From contig JBOHCZ010000351.1 in assembly GCA_050699195.1 (NCBI GenBank), forward strand, positions 1 through 33,500: a DNA stretch of 33,500 nt, in the 5' to 3' direction. A program made the translations under genes and the position numbers. A model generated the notes under the pieces. That model was not told the DNA's origin. It worked only from the letters and a program-made list of their open reading frames with translations, and did no database searches. Positions 1 to 8,655 of the stretch are shown here, piece by piece (position 1 is the first letter of the stretch; every line of letters begins with the position of its first letter). Origin of the DNA: Streptomycetales bacterium. GTDB lineage: Bacteria > Actinomycetota > Actinomycetes > JBOHCZ01.

Positions 1-537
1 CCCAACCAGCCGGCGCCGCCGCGCAGCGACAGCGAGAAGGTGTACGGCGCCCCTGGGCTGCGGCCCGAGGGGCTCGAACCGCCCGGGCGCCATTCACCAC
101 TGCTCGCCTACCGCTTCGCCGACACCGACCGGACGCTCGACGGCCTGCTGGAGACCCGCGACGACGCGCCGATGGTCGGCGTGACCTACGTCGACCCGGC
201 CAGCGGGCGGGACGCGCTCCCTACCATGCGCTGCGCCATGCACCGGCTGCGGCCGGGGCGGCGTACCCCGTCCCGGCGGAGCGCCGGCAGCAGCGTGGTC
301 GTCGCCTTCCGGGGTTCGGGGTCGAGCGTGGTCGACGGCACCCGCATGCACTGGCGGGCCGGTGACATGTTCGCCGTCCCGTCCTGGGCGGCCGTCGACC
401 ACGAGGCCGAGGAACCCGCCGACCTGTTCACCATCAGCGACGCCCCGGTGCTCGAGGCGCTCGGCCTGGACCGGACCGAGACGCTGCCCGAGCACCAGGC
501 GGTCGCCGGCACCTTCGACGCCGAGGGCGCCGCGTAA
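1..537 (+). CDS. Gentisate 1,2-dioxygenase-like bicupin, C-terminal part (5' end lies outside the window)
   Basis: Frame 1 is open from base 1 into the listed ORF 40..537. The C-terminal cupin barrel and tail (...DGTRMHWRAGDMFAVPSWAAVDHEAEEPADLFTISDAPVLEALGL...) resemble gentisate-type ring-cleavage dioxygenases. An FAH-family hydrolase follows 42 nt downstream. Confidence 0.65.
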   Translation, partial: PNQPAPPRSDSEKVYGAPGLRPEGLEPPGRHSPLLAYRFADTDRTLDGLLETRDDAPMVGVTYVDPASGRDALPTMRCAMHRLRPGRRTPSRRSAGSSVVVAFRGSGSSVVDGTRMHWRAGDMFAVPSWAAVDHEAEEPADLFTISDAPVLEALGLDRTETLPEHQAVAGTFDAEGAA

Positions 538-579
538 GCCATCCGGATTTCGCCGTCCGGCCGTTCACAGGAGACGCCC

Positions 580-1473
580 GTGCTGCTCGCCACCTTCGAC
601 GACGACCGGGTCGGCCTCGTCGCCGGTCAGCGGATCGCCGACGTGACGGACGAGGTCCGCGCCGTGACGGGCGGAACGAACGGGGCGATGCGCGGCCTCA
701 TCCGCGACTGGCCGCAGGTGAGGCCGCGCCTGGAGGGGCCGGAGCACCGTGCCTCGCTCCCCCTGTCCGCGGTGCGGCTCGGCCCGCCGGTCCCCGACCC
801 CACGAAGATCGTCGCGGCACCGGTGAACTACCTCGACCACATGTCGGAGATGAGCGAGGAGCACCACATCACCTCGCTCGGCGTCTTCCTGAAGGCGCCG
901 TCTGCACTGGTCGGCCCGGACGGGCCAATCCAGCTCCCCTACACCGACCGGAGGTTCGACCAGGAGGGCGAGCTCGCGGTCGTGATCGGGCGCCGCGCCC
1001 GGAACGTGAGCGTGGACGCGGCGCTCGACCACGTCTTCGGCTATACGGGACTGCTGGACATCACGATGCGGGGCGGGGAGGACCGGTCGACCCGCAAGTC
1101 CTTCGACACCTTCGCCCCGCTCGGGCCGTGGCTGGTCACCGGCGAGGAGTTCGGCCGGCCGGACAACGTCGACCTGACATGCCGGGTGAACGGACGGCTG
1201 CGGCAGGAGGCGAACACCCGGGACCTGATCTGGGACGTCCCGGCCCTGGTCTCGTACGTGTCCTCCGTCATGACCCTGGAGCCGGGCGACGTCATCGCGA
1301 CCGGGACACCGGCCGGTGTCGGGCCGATCAGCCCCGGCGACGACGTCGAACTCGAACTCTCCGGCATCGGCACGCTGCGGGTAACGGTCGCCGCAGACGA
1401 CGCCGTCACCTGCCCGACGACGGGCGCCGGCCGCGGCCCCGTACCGCCCCCGCCGCCCGTCGAGACCAGCTGA
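580..1473 (+). CDS. Fumarylacetoacetate hydrolase (FAH) family protein, plausible fumarylpyruvate-type hydrolase
   Basis: 297 aa with FAH-fold motifs (GELAVVIGRRARNV, FGYTGLLDITMR, TFAPLGPWLVT, GDVIATGTPAGVG). GTG start is preceded by AGGAGA. Pro-rich C-terminal tail (GPVPPPPPVETS). Confidence 0.8.
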   Translation: MLLATFDDDRVGLVAGQRIADVTDEVRAVTGGTNGAMRGLIRDWPQVRPRLEGPEHRASLPLSAVRLGPPVPDPTKIVAAPVNYLDHMSEMSEEHHITSLGVFLKAPSALVGPDGPIQLPYTDRRFDQEGELAVVIGRRARNVSVDAALDHVFGYTGLLDITMRGGEDRSTRKSFDTFAPLGPWLVTGEEFGRPDNVDLTCRVNGRLRQEANTRDLIWDVPALVSYVSSVMTLEPGDVIATGTPAGVGPISPGDDVELELSGIGTLRVTVAADDAVTCPTTGAGRGPVPPPPPVETS

Positions 1474-1509
1474 CCGCCCGGCCGGCCGGTGGTAGCCCCG
1501 GAGCCGGTC

Positions 1510-2628
1510 TCAGCCCCAGACCTCCTGGGCCGTCTCGACGATGAGGCGCAGCTTGTCCACCTGCTGCTGATGACTGAGCGTGTTCCCCTCGACGGTGGAG
1601 GAGAAGCCGCACTGCGGCGACAGGCAGAGCTGGTCGAGCGGCACGAACCGGCTGGCCTCCTCGATGCGCCGCTTGAGCCGGTCCTTGGTCTCCAGCTCGC
1701 CGTGCTTGGTCGTCACCAGGCCGAGCACGACCATCTTGCCCTTCGGGACGAAGCGCAGCGGCTCGAACCCGCCCGAGCGCGCGTCGTCGTACTCCAGGAA
1801 GAACCCGTCCACGGCCAGCTCGCTGAACAGCGCCTCGGCGACGAAGTCGTAGCCGCCCTCGGCGACCCATGACGAGCGGAAGTTGCCGCGGCACATGTGG
1901 GTGGTGACCGTCATGCCCTCGGGCTTGTGCTGGAGCGCGTCGTTGATCTGCCTGATGTAGCGCAGGTGCAGGTGATCGGCGTCTTCCCCGCGCCGCGCGA
2001 TCTCCGCCCGCTCGTTCGGGTCGTTGAGGTAGGCCAGGCTGGTGTCGTCGAACTGCAGGTAGCGGCAGCCCAGCTGGTCGAGCCGCCGGACCTGCTCGGC
2101 GTAGGCCGCGGCCAGGTCGCTCCAGAACTCCTCGACGTCGGGGTAGACCTCGCGGTCGATCGCCGCGGGTCCGCCGCGGTAGTGCACCATGTTCGGCGAG
2201 GGAACGGTGAGCTTCGGCGTGGCCGCCGTGGTGAAGCCCTGGAGCGCCTCGAAGTGTTCGCCGAAGATCGTATGCTCCAGCCCGATCCTGGCGTCCACGC
2301 GCAGCGCCGCGGGCTCGAACTCGATCGTCCCGCCCTCGTTGACGAACCTGACCTTGATGTGCTCCTCGGCCTGCGTGATGCCGCCGAGCTGGTAGATGAA
2401 GTCCATGTGCCAGGTCGTCCGGCGGAACTCGCCGTCGGTGGCGGACTGCAGCCCCACCTCCTCCTGCATCTTCACCACCGAGCGGATCGCCTCGTCCTCG
2501 ACGGCGCGCAGCTCGTCCGCGGAGATCCGGCCAGCGGCGCGGTCCTCGCGGGCGCTGAGCAGCTCGGGTGGGCGCAGCAGGCTGCCGACGTGGTCTGCTC
2601 GAAACGGCGGGGTGCTGCGAACAGACAT
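1510..2628 (-). CDS. Stand-alone MetE C-terminal-domain-like (cobalamin-independent methionine synthase family) Zn methyltransferase
   Basis: Listed ORF is 1510..2679. I prefer the internal ATG at 2628 (MSVRSTPPFRADHVGSLLRP...) because GAGAGGAG lies just upstream. Putative Zn-ligand motifs HMCRGN and LSPQCGF are present. About 372 aa, roughly half the size of full-length MetE. Confidence 0.8.
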   Translation of the reverse strand: MSVRSTPPFRADHVGSLLRPPELLSAREDRAAGRISADELRAVEDEAIRSVVKMQEEVGLQSATDGEFRRTTWHMDFIYQLGGITQAEEHIKVRFVNEGGTIEFEPAALRVDARIGLEHTIFGEHFEALQGFTTAATPKLTVPSPNMVHYRGGPAAIDREVYPDVEEFWSDLAAAYAEQVRRLDQLGCRYLQFDDTSLAYLNDPNERAEIARRGEDADHLHLRYIRQINDALQHKPEGMTVTTHMCRGNFRSSWVAEGGYDFVAEALFSELAVDGFFLEYDDARSGGFEPLRFVPKGKMVVLGLVTTKHGELETKDRLKRRIEEASRFVPLDQLCLSPQCGFSSTVEGNTLSHQQQVDKLRLIVETAQEVWG

Positions 2629-2757
2629 GGCGCTCCTCTCGATCACGGCTGTGCGGACGGGTACGGGCCTGTCCTGCACTGCGCAGGCAGCCTATCAATG
2701 ACTGTTGGATTTGCGGTCGTGAGCGCTGTTGTCTTTCGTCGCGCCACCGCCGGTGTG

Positions 2758-3468
2758 CTACCTGCTCGACGCAGGTTCCCAGACCGCTTGATCGTGGGCG
2801 AACAGGATGCGCGAGGGATCGAATCCCTGCAGCCGCTCGATCCATGGGCGGTGAAGCGGCAACGGGTCGGCGACCGCGTCGTTGCGTGCCCGCCAGGCGA
2901 GCTGATCGCCGGTGTAGGCGGTCGCGGAGTCGTGCGCCTGCCCGGCCAGCACCACCGTTCCGTCGTCGCAGCGGATGGCCAGGGACTGGTGGCCGTCGGT
3001 GTGTCCCGGGGTCGGGAGGACCCAGACGTCGGGCAGGATCTCGACGTCCCCGTCCACCTCCTCGTAACGCGCCCCGTCGAAGTCGACGAGGTGCGGCAGC
3101 GTGTAGTGCTCGACGGTGCGGGCCTGGGAGAGCTCGGTCCGCTGTACGAAGATGGGCCTGCCCGCCAGGTCGGGGTTACCCCCGCAGTGGTCGAAGTGCA
3201 GGTGGCAGTTGACCACCCACCGCACATCCTGACCGGAGGCGCCCGCGCCGGCCAGCGCGGCCCCCAGGTCTCGCCGGGACGGCCGGTAGTGGGCGTCCAC
3301 GCCAGGCTCGCCGGCGCCGATGCCCGTGTCGAACAGCAGCAGGCCGCCGCGATGTGCCAGGACGTAGCCGAGGACCGGTTCCACCCGCGGGCATCCGGTC
3401 CCCGTCTCCTCGGCCGGCCGAATGAAGTAGCCGAAGTCCACCCGGCGGACGTCGCTCGTCGTCACCAT
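2758..3468 (-). CDS. MBL-fold metallo-hydrolase (lactonase-like)
   Basis: HxHxDH motif (NCHLHFDHCGG) and the downstream TPGHTDGH motif. ORF listed to 3525; the ATG at 3468 (MVTTSDVRRVDFGYF...) or GTGs at 3471/3474 are more plausible starts, since the upstream residues are low-complexity. Confidence 0.8.
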   Translation of the reverse strand: MVTTSDVRRVDFGYFIRPAEETGTGCPRVEPVLGYVLAHRGGLLLFDTGIGAGEPGVDAHYRPSRRDLGAALAGAGASGQDVRWVVNCHLHFDHCGGNPDLAGRPIFVQRTELSQARTVEHYTLPHLVDFDGARYEEVDGDVEILPDVWVLPTPGHTDGHQSLAIRCDDGTVVLAGQAHDSATAYTGDQLAWRARNDAVADPLPLHRPWIERLQGFDPSRILFAHDQAVWEPASSR

Positions 3469-3518
3469 CACCACAGTCTGCACCCTTACGTTCGACTGCC
3501 GGGTGGAGCAGGAAGTGC

Positions 3519-3581
3519 TTGACAACGACCCAACATTAACAACGACAATTCACCGGACGACAGCTGGACAGAATGTCGTTG
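3519..3581. promoter_or_regulatory. Divergent promoter/operator region between the MBL hydrolase and amidohydrolase genes
   Basis: Locally AT-richer DNA. TTGACA at 3519-3524. CAACGAC occurs directly at 3523-3529 and 3540-3546 and inverted (GTCGTTG) at 3575-3581, overlapping the ATG at 3573. Confidence 0.35.
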
Positions 3582-4520
3582 GTTTACTTTCAATTGCCTA
3601 GGAACCCGCCCGTGCCCATACCGCCCGGCCACCTCGATGACGTCGTCGCGATCGACGTGCACACCCACGTGCTGCGCTCGATCGACGGCGGCACGCACGG
3701 ACTCGACGACGCGCAGTCCTCGCTGGAGCGGGTCTTCGGCTTCTCCGCCCGCCCCACCCTCCCGGAGCTCGCGGCGGAGTACCGCGCCCGGCGGATGCTC
3801 TGCGTCGCGTTCATGGTGGACGTGGCCGGGGTGGCGGCGCCCGTGACGAACGAGGAGATCGCCGAGCTGGCGAGCCAGCACAGCGACACCGTCCTGCCCT
3901 TCGCCAGCGTCGATCCGGCCAGGGGCCGGGCGGGGGTGCGCGAAGCGCGCCGCCTCATCGAGCACTTCGGCGTACGGGGCTTCAAGTTCCACCCGAGCCA
4001 GCAGCAGTTCTACCCGAGCGACCGGGATGCCTACCCGCTGTACGAGGTCATCGCCGAGCACCGGCTGCCCGCCGTCTTCCATACCGGGCAGACGGGCGTA
4101 GGACCCGGGCAGCGGGGTGGGGGTGGCGTGCGCCTGAAGTACTCCAACCCGCTCTACCTCGACGACGTCGCGGTGGACTTCCCCGACATGCCGATCGTGA
4201 TGGCGCACCCTTCGGTGCCCTGGCAGGACGAGGCGCTGGCCATCGCCGGCCACAAGCCCCAGGTCTACATCGACCTGTCCGGGTGGTCGCCGAAGTACTT
4301 TCCGCCCCGGCTCGTGAACCACGCGAACACCCTGCTGCGCCACAAGGTGCTCTTCGGCACCGACTACCCGCTCCTCACCCCGGAGCGGTGGCTCGCCGAC
4401 TTCGACACGCTGCCGATCAAGCCTGCCGTCCGTCCGCTCATCCTCAGGGACAACGCCGCACGCCTGCTGGGCCTCGCCGACGCGGACGGGGCGGGCGGGC
4501 CGGGCGGGGCGGAGCCGTAG
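3573..4520 (+). CDS. Amidohydrolase-2 (ACMSD/TIM-barrel metal hydrolase/decarboxylase) family protein
   Basis: 315 aa. N-terminal metal motif AIDVHTHV, later FHPSQQ, MAHPS and FGTDYP (conserved Asp). Start uncertain: GTG at 3612 is an alternative. Confidence 0.75.
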   Translation: MSLVYFQLPRNPPVPIPPGHLDDVVAIDVHTHVLRSIDGGTHGLDDAQSSLERVFGFSARPTLPELAAEYRARRMLCVAFMVDVAGVAAPVTNEEIAELASQHSDTVLPFASVDPARGRAGVREARRLIEHFGVRGFKFHPSQQQFYPSDRDAYPLYEVIAEHRLPAVFHTGQTGVGPGQRGGGGVRLKYSNPLYLDDVAVDFPDMPIVMAHPSVPWQDEALAIAGHKPQVYIDLSGWSPKYFPPRLVNHANTLLRHKVLFGTDYPLLTPERWLADFDTLPIKPAVRPLILRDNAARLLGLADADGAGGPGGAEP

Positions 4521-4659
4521 GCGCAGGACCGCGATCGCCGACGGTGAACGGCGGAACCGGTGGTCAGCGCCACTTCGTGGCTCGCCGCCGGCTGCCCGGG
4601 CCTCACCAGGCGCCCCAGCGCTCACCAAGCCTGACGCCGACCGTGCCCGGTCAATGCCC

Positions 4660-6285
4660 TCAGGCCGGGGTGGAAGGTGCCCGGCCACCGTCGGCGGCAG
4701 CCACCTCCGTGGCGGTCTCCGTGGCGGTCTCCGTGTCGGTCTCCGTGGCGGTCTCCGTGGCGGGTTCGCGGGTAGGCACCCGGCCTGCCGGCGGGTTTCG
4801 CCGCCACACCCGGTCCCACTCGCCGTGGAAACGCTCGACGGTCACGCTGTCGGGCGGCGTGGTGAGCAGGCTCACCACGATGAAGCTCCCCGACGAAGAC
4901 ACGGCCACCCAGAAGGGCGGCATCAGGCCGAGTACCGGTGGATAGAGCTGGAGGTAGCCGGCGATCGCGACGATCTGGCCGACGAGCAGGCTGGTGAGTG
5001 CCCCGGCCCGGGTGGCCCGCCGCCACAGCACTCCCCCGACCATCAACGGGAAGAACGCCATGAACCCGGTGAAGGCGAAGGTCGACAGGCTGAACACGGC
5101 GGGCAGCGGCAGCAGCGCGATCAGGTAGAGCAGCACCAGCAGGCCCAGCACGAACAGTCGCGCGGAGCGCACCACGCGCAGGCTGTCGCGCAGCCGCGTG
5201 TAGCGCTGCAGGACGTCGACGGTGAAGAAGTTGCTGAGCGTCAGCGCCTGGGCGTCCATCGACGACATCACGATGGCGAACAGGCCGAGCATCCCGAAGG
5301 CCACCATCCATGTGGGGAACAGCTCGCCGCTGAGCACGAAGATGACCGAGTCCGACGCGGTCCCCTCGAGGCCGGGTACGAGCACCGCGCCCCACAGGCC
5401 GAGCAGGATGGCCGGGACCCACGTGCTCAGCACCGCGATCGGGTAGTAGGTCGCGAGGCGGCGGGCCGTCTGCCCGGACTGCGCCGAGATCATCCGGATC
5501 CAGATGTAGGGGGTGGCGAAGTTCGCCATGCTGAACAGCAGGAAGAAGCTCAACGCCGGCCCCCAGCCGGCCGCCCCCCAACTGCGCGTGAGCAGCTGCG
5601 GCGCCTCCGCCTGCAGCTGCTCGAACAGCCTCCCCGGCCCTCCGGTCACCGCAGGCACCCAGAGCACGGCGAGCACCAGGAACGAGAGGAATATGCAGGT
5701 CTGGGCGACGTTGGTCCAGGCCGTCGCGCGCATGCCGCCCACGGTCGTGTAGTACCCGACGACCGCGGTGACGATGAGGGCGCCCAGCCAGTACGGGATC
5801 GCACCCCGACTGGCCTCCTCGAACACGCGGCCGCTGCCGATGATCCCGGTGAGGATGACCGGCAGCACCCAGGCCACGAAGAAGACGAAGGCCAGCACCC
5901 CCAGCGCGGGGCTTGCGTATCGCTCGCGGTAGAACTCCGCGGGCGATGTGTAACCGTACCGCCGGGCGACCAGCCAGCAGCGGTAGCCGAAGTAGAAGTG
6001 GATCGGCAAGGTCAGCACGACCGCGCCGGCCAGCATGCCCCAGGTCCCCAGGCCGAGCCGGTAGGTCTGGCCCGCGAGACCCAGCATGACGAACGCGGTC
6101 ATGTTGGTGCCGAAAACCGAGGCGAAGAGCACGAAACCGCGCAGCTTCCGGCTCGCGACGAAATAGGCTTGGCTGCCGGTTCCCGCGCCGCGCGCGCTCA
6201 CCCGGCCGATCACCAGCATCAACAGGAAGTAGGCCGCCGCCGCTAAGACCACGACCGTGACATTGGGATCAAACATCGGTGTCAC
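4660..6285 (-). CDS. Sodium:solute symporter (SSF) family transporter with a repetitive T-E-T-A C-terminal tail
   Basis: 541 aa, multi-TM, with a typical SSF N-terminus (AAAYFLLMLVIG...AYFVASRKL...FASVFGTNMTAF). GTG start at 6285 or ATG at 6276; either one overlaps the stop of the upstream DUF3311 gene. Confidence 0.85.
   Translation of the reverse strand: MTPMFDPNVTVVVLAAAAYFLLMLVIGRVSARGAGTGSQAYFVASRKLRGFVLFASVFGTNMTAFVMLGLAGQTYRLGLGTWGMLAGAVVLTLPIHFYFGYRCWLVARRYGYTSPAEFYRERYASPALGVLAFVFFVAWVLPVILTGIIGSGRVFEEASRGAIPYWLGALIVTAVVGYYTTVGGMRATAWTNVAQTCIFLSFLVLAVLWVPAVTGGPGRLFEQLQAEAPQLLTRSWGAAGWGPALSFFLLFSMANFATPYIWIRMISAQSGQTARRLATYYPIAVLSTWVPAILLGLWGAVLVPGLEGTASDSVIFVLSGELFPTWMVAFGMLGLFAIVMSSMDAQALTLSNFFTVDVLQRYTRLRDSLRVVRSARLFVLGLLVLLYLIALLPLPAVFSLSTFAFTGFMAFFPLMVGGVLWRRATRAGALTSLLVGQIVAIAGYLQLYPPVLGLMPPFWVAVSSSGSFIVVSLLTTPPDSVTVERFHGEWDRVWRRNPPAGRVPTREPATETATETDTETATETATEVAAADGGRAPSTPA
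4705..4764. repeat. 12-bp tandem repeat, 5 copies (CTCCGTGGCGGT; one copy with 1 mismatch)
   Basis: Read directly at 4705, 4717, 4729, 4741 and 4753. On the minus strand it encodes ATETATETDTETATETATE in the symporter tail. Confidence 0.9.
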
Positions 6286-6520
6286 CGTCCCCCTTCGGCC
6301 AGATGGCCTTGAACAGCAGCCCGAGCACCGGCACGGCTGCCACGCAGTAGAGGGCGTGGTAGGTGAAGGCGATCGGGAGGCCGAGCACGACCGGGCCGGT
6401 CCGCCCGTCGAGCCAGAACGGGAAGCTCGCGACGGCCATCACGACGCACACCGCCATGGCCACCCAGTACAGCGCATTGGTACGAAGCCGCGGTCGGGCC
6501 CCGGTGGAGTCGTCACTCAT
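6269..6520 (-). CDS. Small two-TM membrane protein, DUF3311-like symporter accessory
   Basis: 83 aa with two hydrophobic helices. ATGA overlap with the LLM stop (6517-6520), and its stop lies inside the symporter start region. Small DUF3311 proteins are typically encoded immediately upstream of SSF transporters. Confidence 0.6.
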   Translation of the reverse strand: MSDDSTGARPRLRTNALYWVAMAVCVVMAVASFPFWLDGRTGPVVLGLPIAFTYHALYCVAAVPVLGLLFKAIWPKGDGDTDV

Positions 6521-7701
6521 GGTCGGATCCCTTCGATCCGGGCGGATGGCTCGTGCGAGGCGCCCTCCCCGAGGGGCCGCAGCGCGGGCATCACCCGATC
6601 GGCGAAGAGCGCCACGCTGCTGTGAAAGCGCTCGTGGTCGAGGGTGCCGAACTGGAAGATGCCGCTGAACGTGCCGAACCCGAGCTCCTTCTGGTAGCTC
6701 TCAATCTGCTGGCGCACCGACTCCGGCGACCCGGCGATCGCGTAACCGCGTTCGATCAGCTCGTAGGGATCCATCGGGCTCGTCCCGAGTCCGCGCTTGC
6801 CCGCCATGACGCGGGTGGTCGACTCCAGGCTCAGGTAGCCGGCCGGGAAGAACAGCTCCCTGGGCATCCGGATCAGCGTGTTGAACAGGAAGTCGAGGTG
6901 GCGGGCCGCCTCGCGGCGCGCCTCGTCGTCGGTGTCGGCGACCAGCACCGGCAGCGACCAGCCCAGCTGCCCGGGCTCCGCGGTGTAGCCGTGGCGTTCG
7001 GCGGCCTCGCGGAACTGCGAGAACACCCGCCTGATCGTGCCCAGGTCGCTGTAGGTCTGCAGGTAGGTGTAACGGTTCCTGGCCGCCCAGTCCACGGTCT
7101 CCCCGCTGCCCTGGGAGGGACTCCAGATCGGGGGGTGCGGCTGCTGGTACGGCCGCGGCCACGGGTTCACGGCGCGCAGCTTGTAGAACGTGCCGTACCA
7201 CTCGAAGGGGCCGGGCTCGGTCCACGCCTTGACGATGAGGTCGTGCGCCTCGTGGAAGCGCTCCCGGGACTGCGTGGGGTCCATGGAGAAGGTGTGGTAC
7301 TCGGCGCCGATCCCGCGTACGAAGCCGGAGATGATGCGCCCGCCGGACATCACGTCGAGCATGGCGACCTCTTCGGCCACCCGCAGCGGGTGATCACGGA
7401 GCGGGAGGGCGTTGCCGAGGATGGCGATCTTGCCTCTGGTCTGCGGAACGAGCATCGCCGCTGTGACGTTCGGCGAGGGCATCAGGCCGTAGGCGGTCTG
7501 ATGGTGCTCGTTGACGCAGATGCCGTCGAAGCCCAGCTCGTCGTAGAGGACCAGCTCGGACAGGTACCGCTGGTAGAGCTCGTGCCCGCGGACCGGGTCG
7601 AAGACGGCGTTGCTGAGCGTCACCCAGCTGGAGTCGCGGCCCTCGACGTGGCCCTGCGGGAGGTAGGGGTAGGGCATCAGGTGGAAGCCGAAGAACCTCA
7701 C
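6517..7701 (-). CDS. LLM-class (luciferase-like) flavin-dependent monooxygenase/oxidoreductase
   Basis: The listed ORF runs to 7893, but that upstream part overlaps the hydrolase gene and is Arg/Gly/Pro junk. GTG at 7701 (VRFFGFHLMPYPY...) forms a GTGA overlap with the hydrolase stop (7698-7701). LLM-like core (FDGICVNEHHQTAYGLMPSPN, MLDVMSGGRIISGFVRG). Confidence 0.85.
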   Translation of the reverse strand: MRFFGFHLMPYPYLPQGHVEGRDSSWVTLSNAVFDPVRGHELYQRYLSELVLYDELGFDGICVNEHHQTAYGLMPSPNVTAAMLVPQTRGKIAILGNALPLRDHPLRVAEEVAMLDVMSGGRIISGFVRGIGAEYHTFSMDPTQSRERFHEAHDLIVKAWTEPGPFEWYGTFYKLRAVNPWPRPYQQPHPPIWSPSQGSGETVDWAARNRYTYLQTYSDLGTIRRVFSQFREAAERHGYTAEPGQLGWSLPVLVADTDDEARREAARHLDFLFNTLIRMPRELFFPAGYLSLESTTRVMAGKRGLGTSPMDPYELIERGYAIAGSPESVRQQIESYQKELGFGTFSGIFQFGTLDHERFHSSVALFADRVMPALRPLGEGASHEPSARIEGIRP

Positions 7702-8519
7702 GCGACGCCACCCCCCTCCGCCAGGAAGCCCTGCACGGCGTCGAGAGCGGCCTCCGGCTGCTCGACGAGAGGGAGGTGTCCGGCGTCGTCGATGACCTCC
7801 AGCCGGGCATCCGGCAGCAACTCGGACCACCGGCGCGCGTACTCCAGGGGCAGCAGGCGGTCCTGCGCGCCCCAGACGAGCAGCGTCGGGCAACTCACGC
7901 GGTGCAGCCGGGCCGGCAGCTTCGGGTCGTGCAGGTAGGGGTTCCAGCCGAGATGGGCGGTGGCGATGCGGTTACGCAGGTAGCGCTCGAAGAGCGCGGG
8001 GTTCTGGTCCAGCGAAGCGGCCTGCGCGAGGGCGGGAACGCGGGCGTCCTCGGTCGCCCAGGTGAGCTCCGCGACCTCGACCGGGTCGAGGGTGAAGATG
8101 TCCGGCGTGGGGGCCGCCGCCCGCACCCCTGCCGCACCGACGAGCACCAGCCGCTCGACGCGCGCGGGCTCGATGGTGGCGAGGTCGGCCGCGAGCCAGC
8201 CGCCGAGCGACGTACCGATGACCGTGGGCTTGTCGAGGCCGGCGGCGTCGAGCAGGTCGAGGTAGAAGAACGCCAGGTCGTGCACGCTGTCGATCGCGTC
8301 GCCGTCGGCGCTGCCGTTGAACCCGGGGTGGTCAGGACGTATGACGGTGTACCGCTCCGCCAGCGCGGAGAGCGCCGGCGGCCAGGTCCCCAGATCGCCT
8401 ACCCCGTGCAGGTAGAGCAGCGGCGCCCCACTCCCCGCGGTGAGGAGGTTGATGCGTGTGCCGCGCACCGGGAGGTCGCGCTGCTCCGGCAGCAGCGCCG
8501 CCCGCGATCGCGCTGTCAT
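7698..8519 (-). CDS. Alpha/beta-fold hydrolase (meta-cleavage-product/BphD-like class)
   Basis: 273 aa. HG oxyanion motif (LYLHGVG), nucleophile elbow GTSLGG, C-terminal catalytic His context (DDAGHLP). ATG at 8519 with GAGGAG 6 nt upstream. Confidence 0.85.
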   Translation of the reverse strand: MTARSRAALLPEQRDLPVRGTRINLLTAGSGAPLLYLHGVGDLGTWPPALSALAERYTVIRPDHPGFNGSADGDAIDSVHDLAFFYLDLLDAAGLDKPTVIGTSLGGWLAADLATIEPARVERLVLVGAAGVRAAAPTPDIFTLDPVEVAELTWATEDARVPALAQAASLDQNPALFERYLRNRIATAHLGWNPYLHDPKLPARLHRVSCPTLLVWGAQDRLLPLEYARRWSELLPDARLEVIDDAGHLPLVEQPEAALDAVQGFLAEGGGVA

Positions 8520-8655
8520 CGCCGCTCCTCATCCGTGCGGTGACGTTGCAGGTGAAAGCTAGCCGTGTCGCCTCGGGGGTCTCCAATGCACGATGGTTCG
8601 CGATCGATGACTCTTGGTGATCACGCTGGCCGGAAACCGTGCTACGGTGCGGGCC

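Noticed and set aside
2629-2757. Cobalamin or SAM riboswitch upstream of the MetE-like gene
   Set aside because: The leader is only about 128 nt, and I could not recognise a B12 box or a SAM-binding core. An Infernal scan would be decisive.
1897-3522. 541-aa plus-strand ORF; similar long antisense ORFs at 4654..6246, 6553..7938, 13360..14955, 16437..17294 and 17369..18298
   Set aside because: All lie opposite motif-supported genes, have low-complexity Arg/Pro/Gly-rich translations and no recognisable domains. I treat them as GC-driven shadow ORFs.
8520-8655. LysR T-N11-A operator in the divergent region upstream of the hydrolase-LLM operon
   Set aside because: I found only short palindromes (GTGATCAC at 8617-8624, CGATCG). 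No convincing T-N11-A dyad sits at a sensible distance from a promoter.
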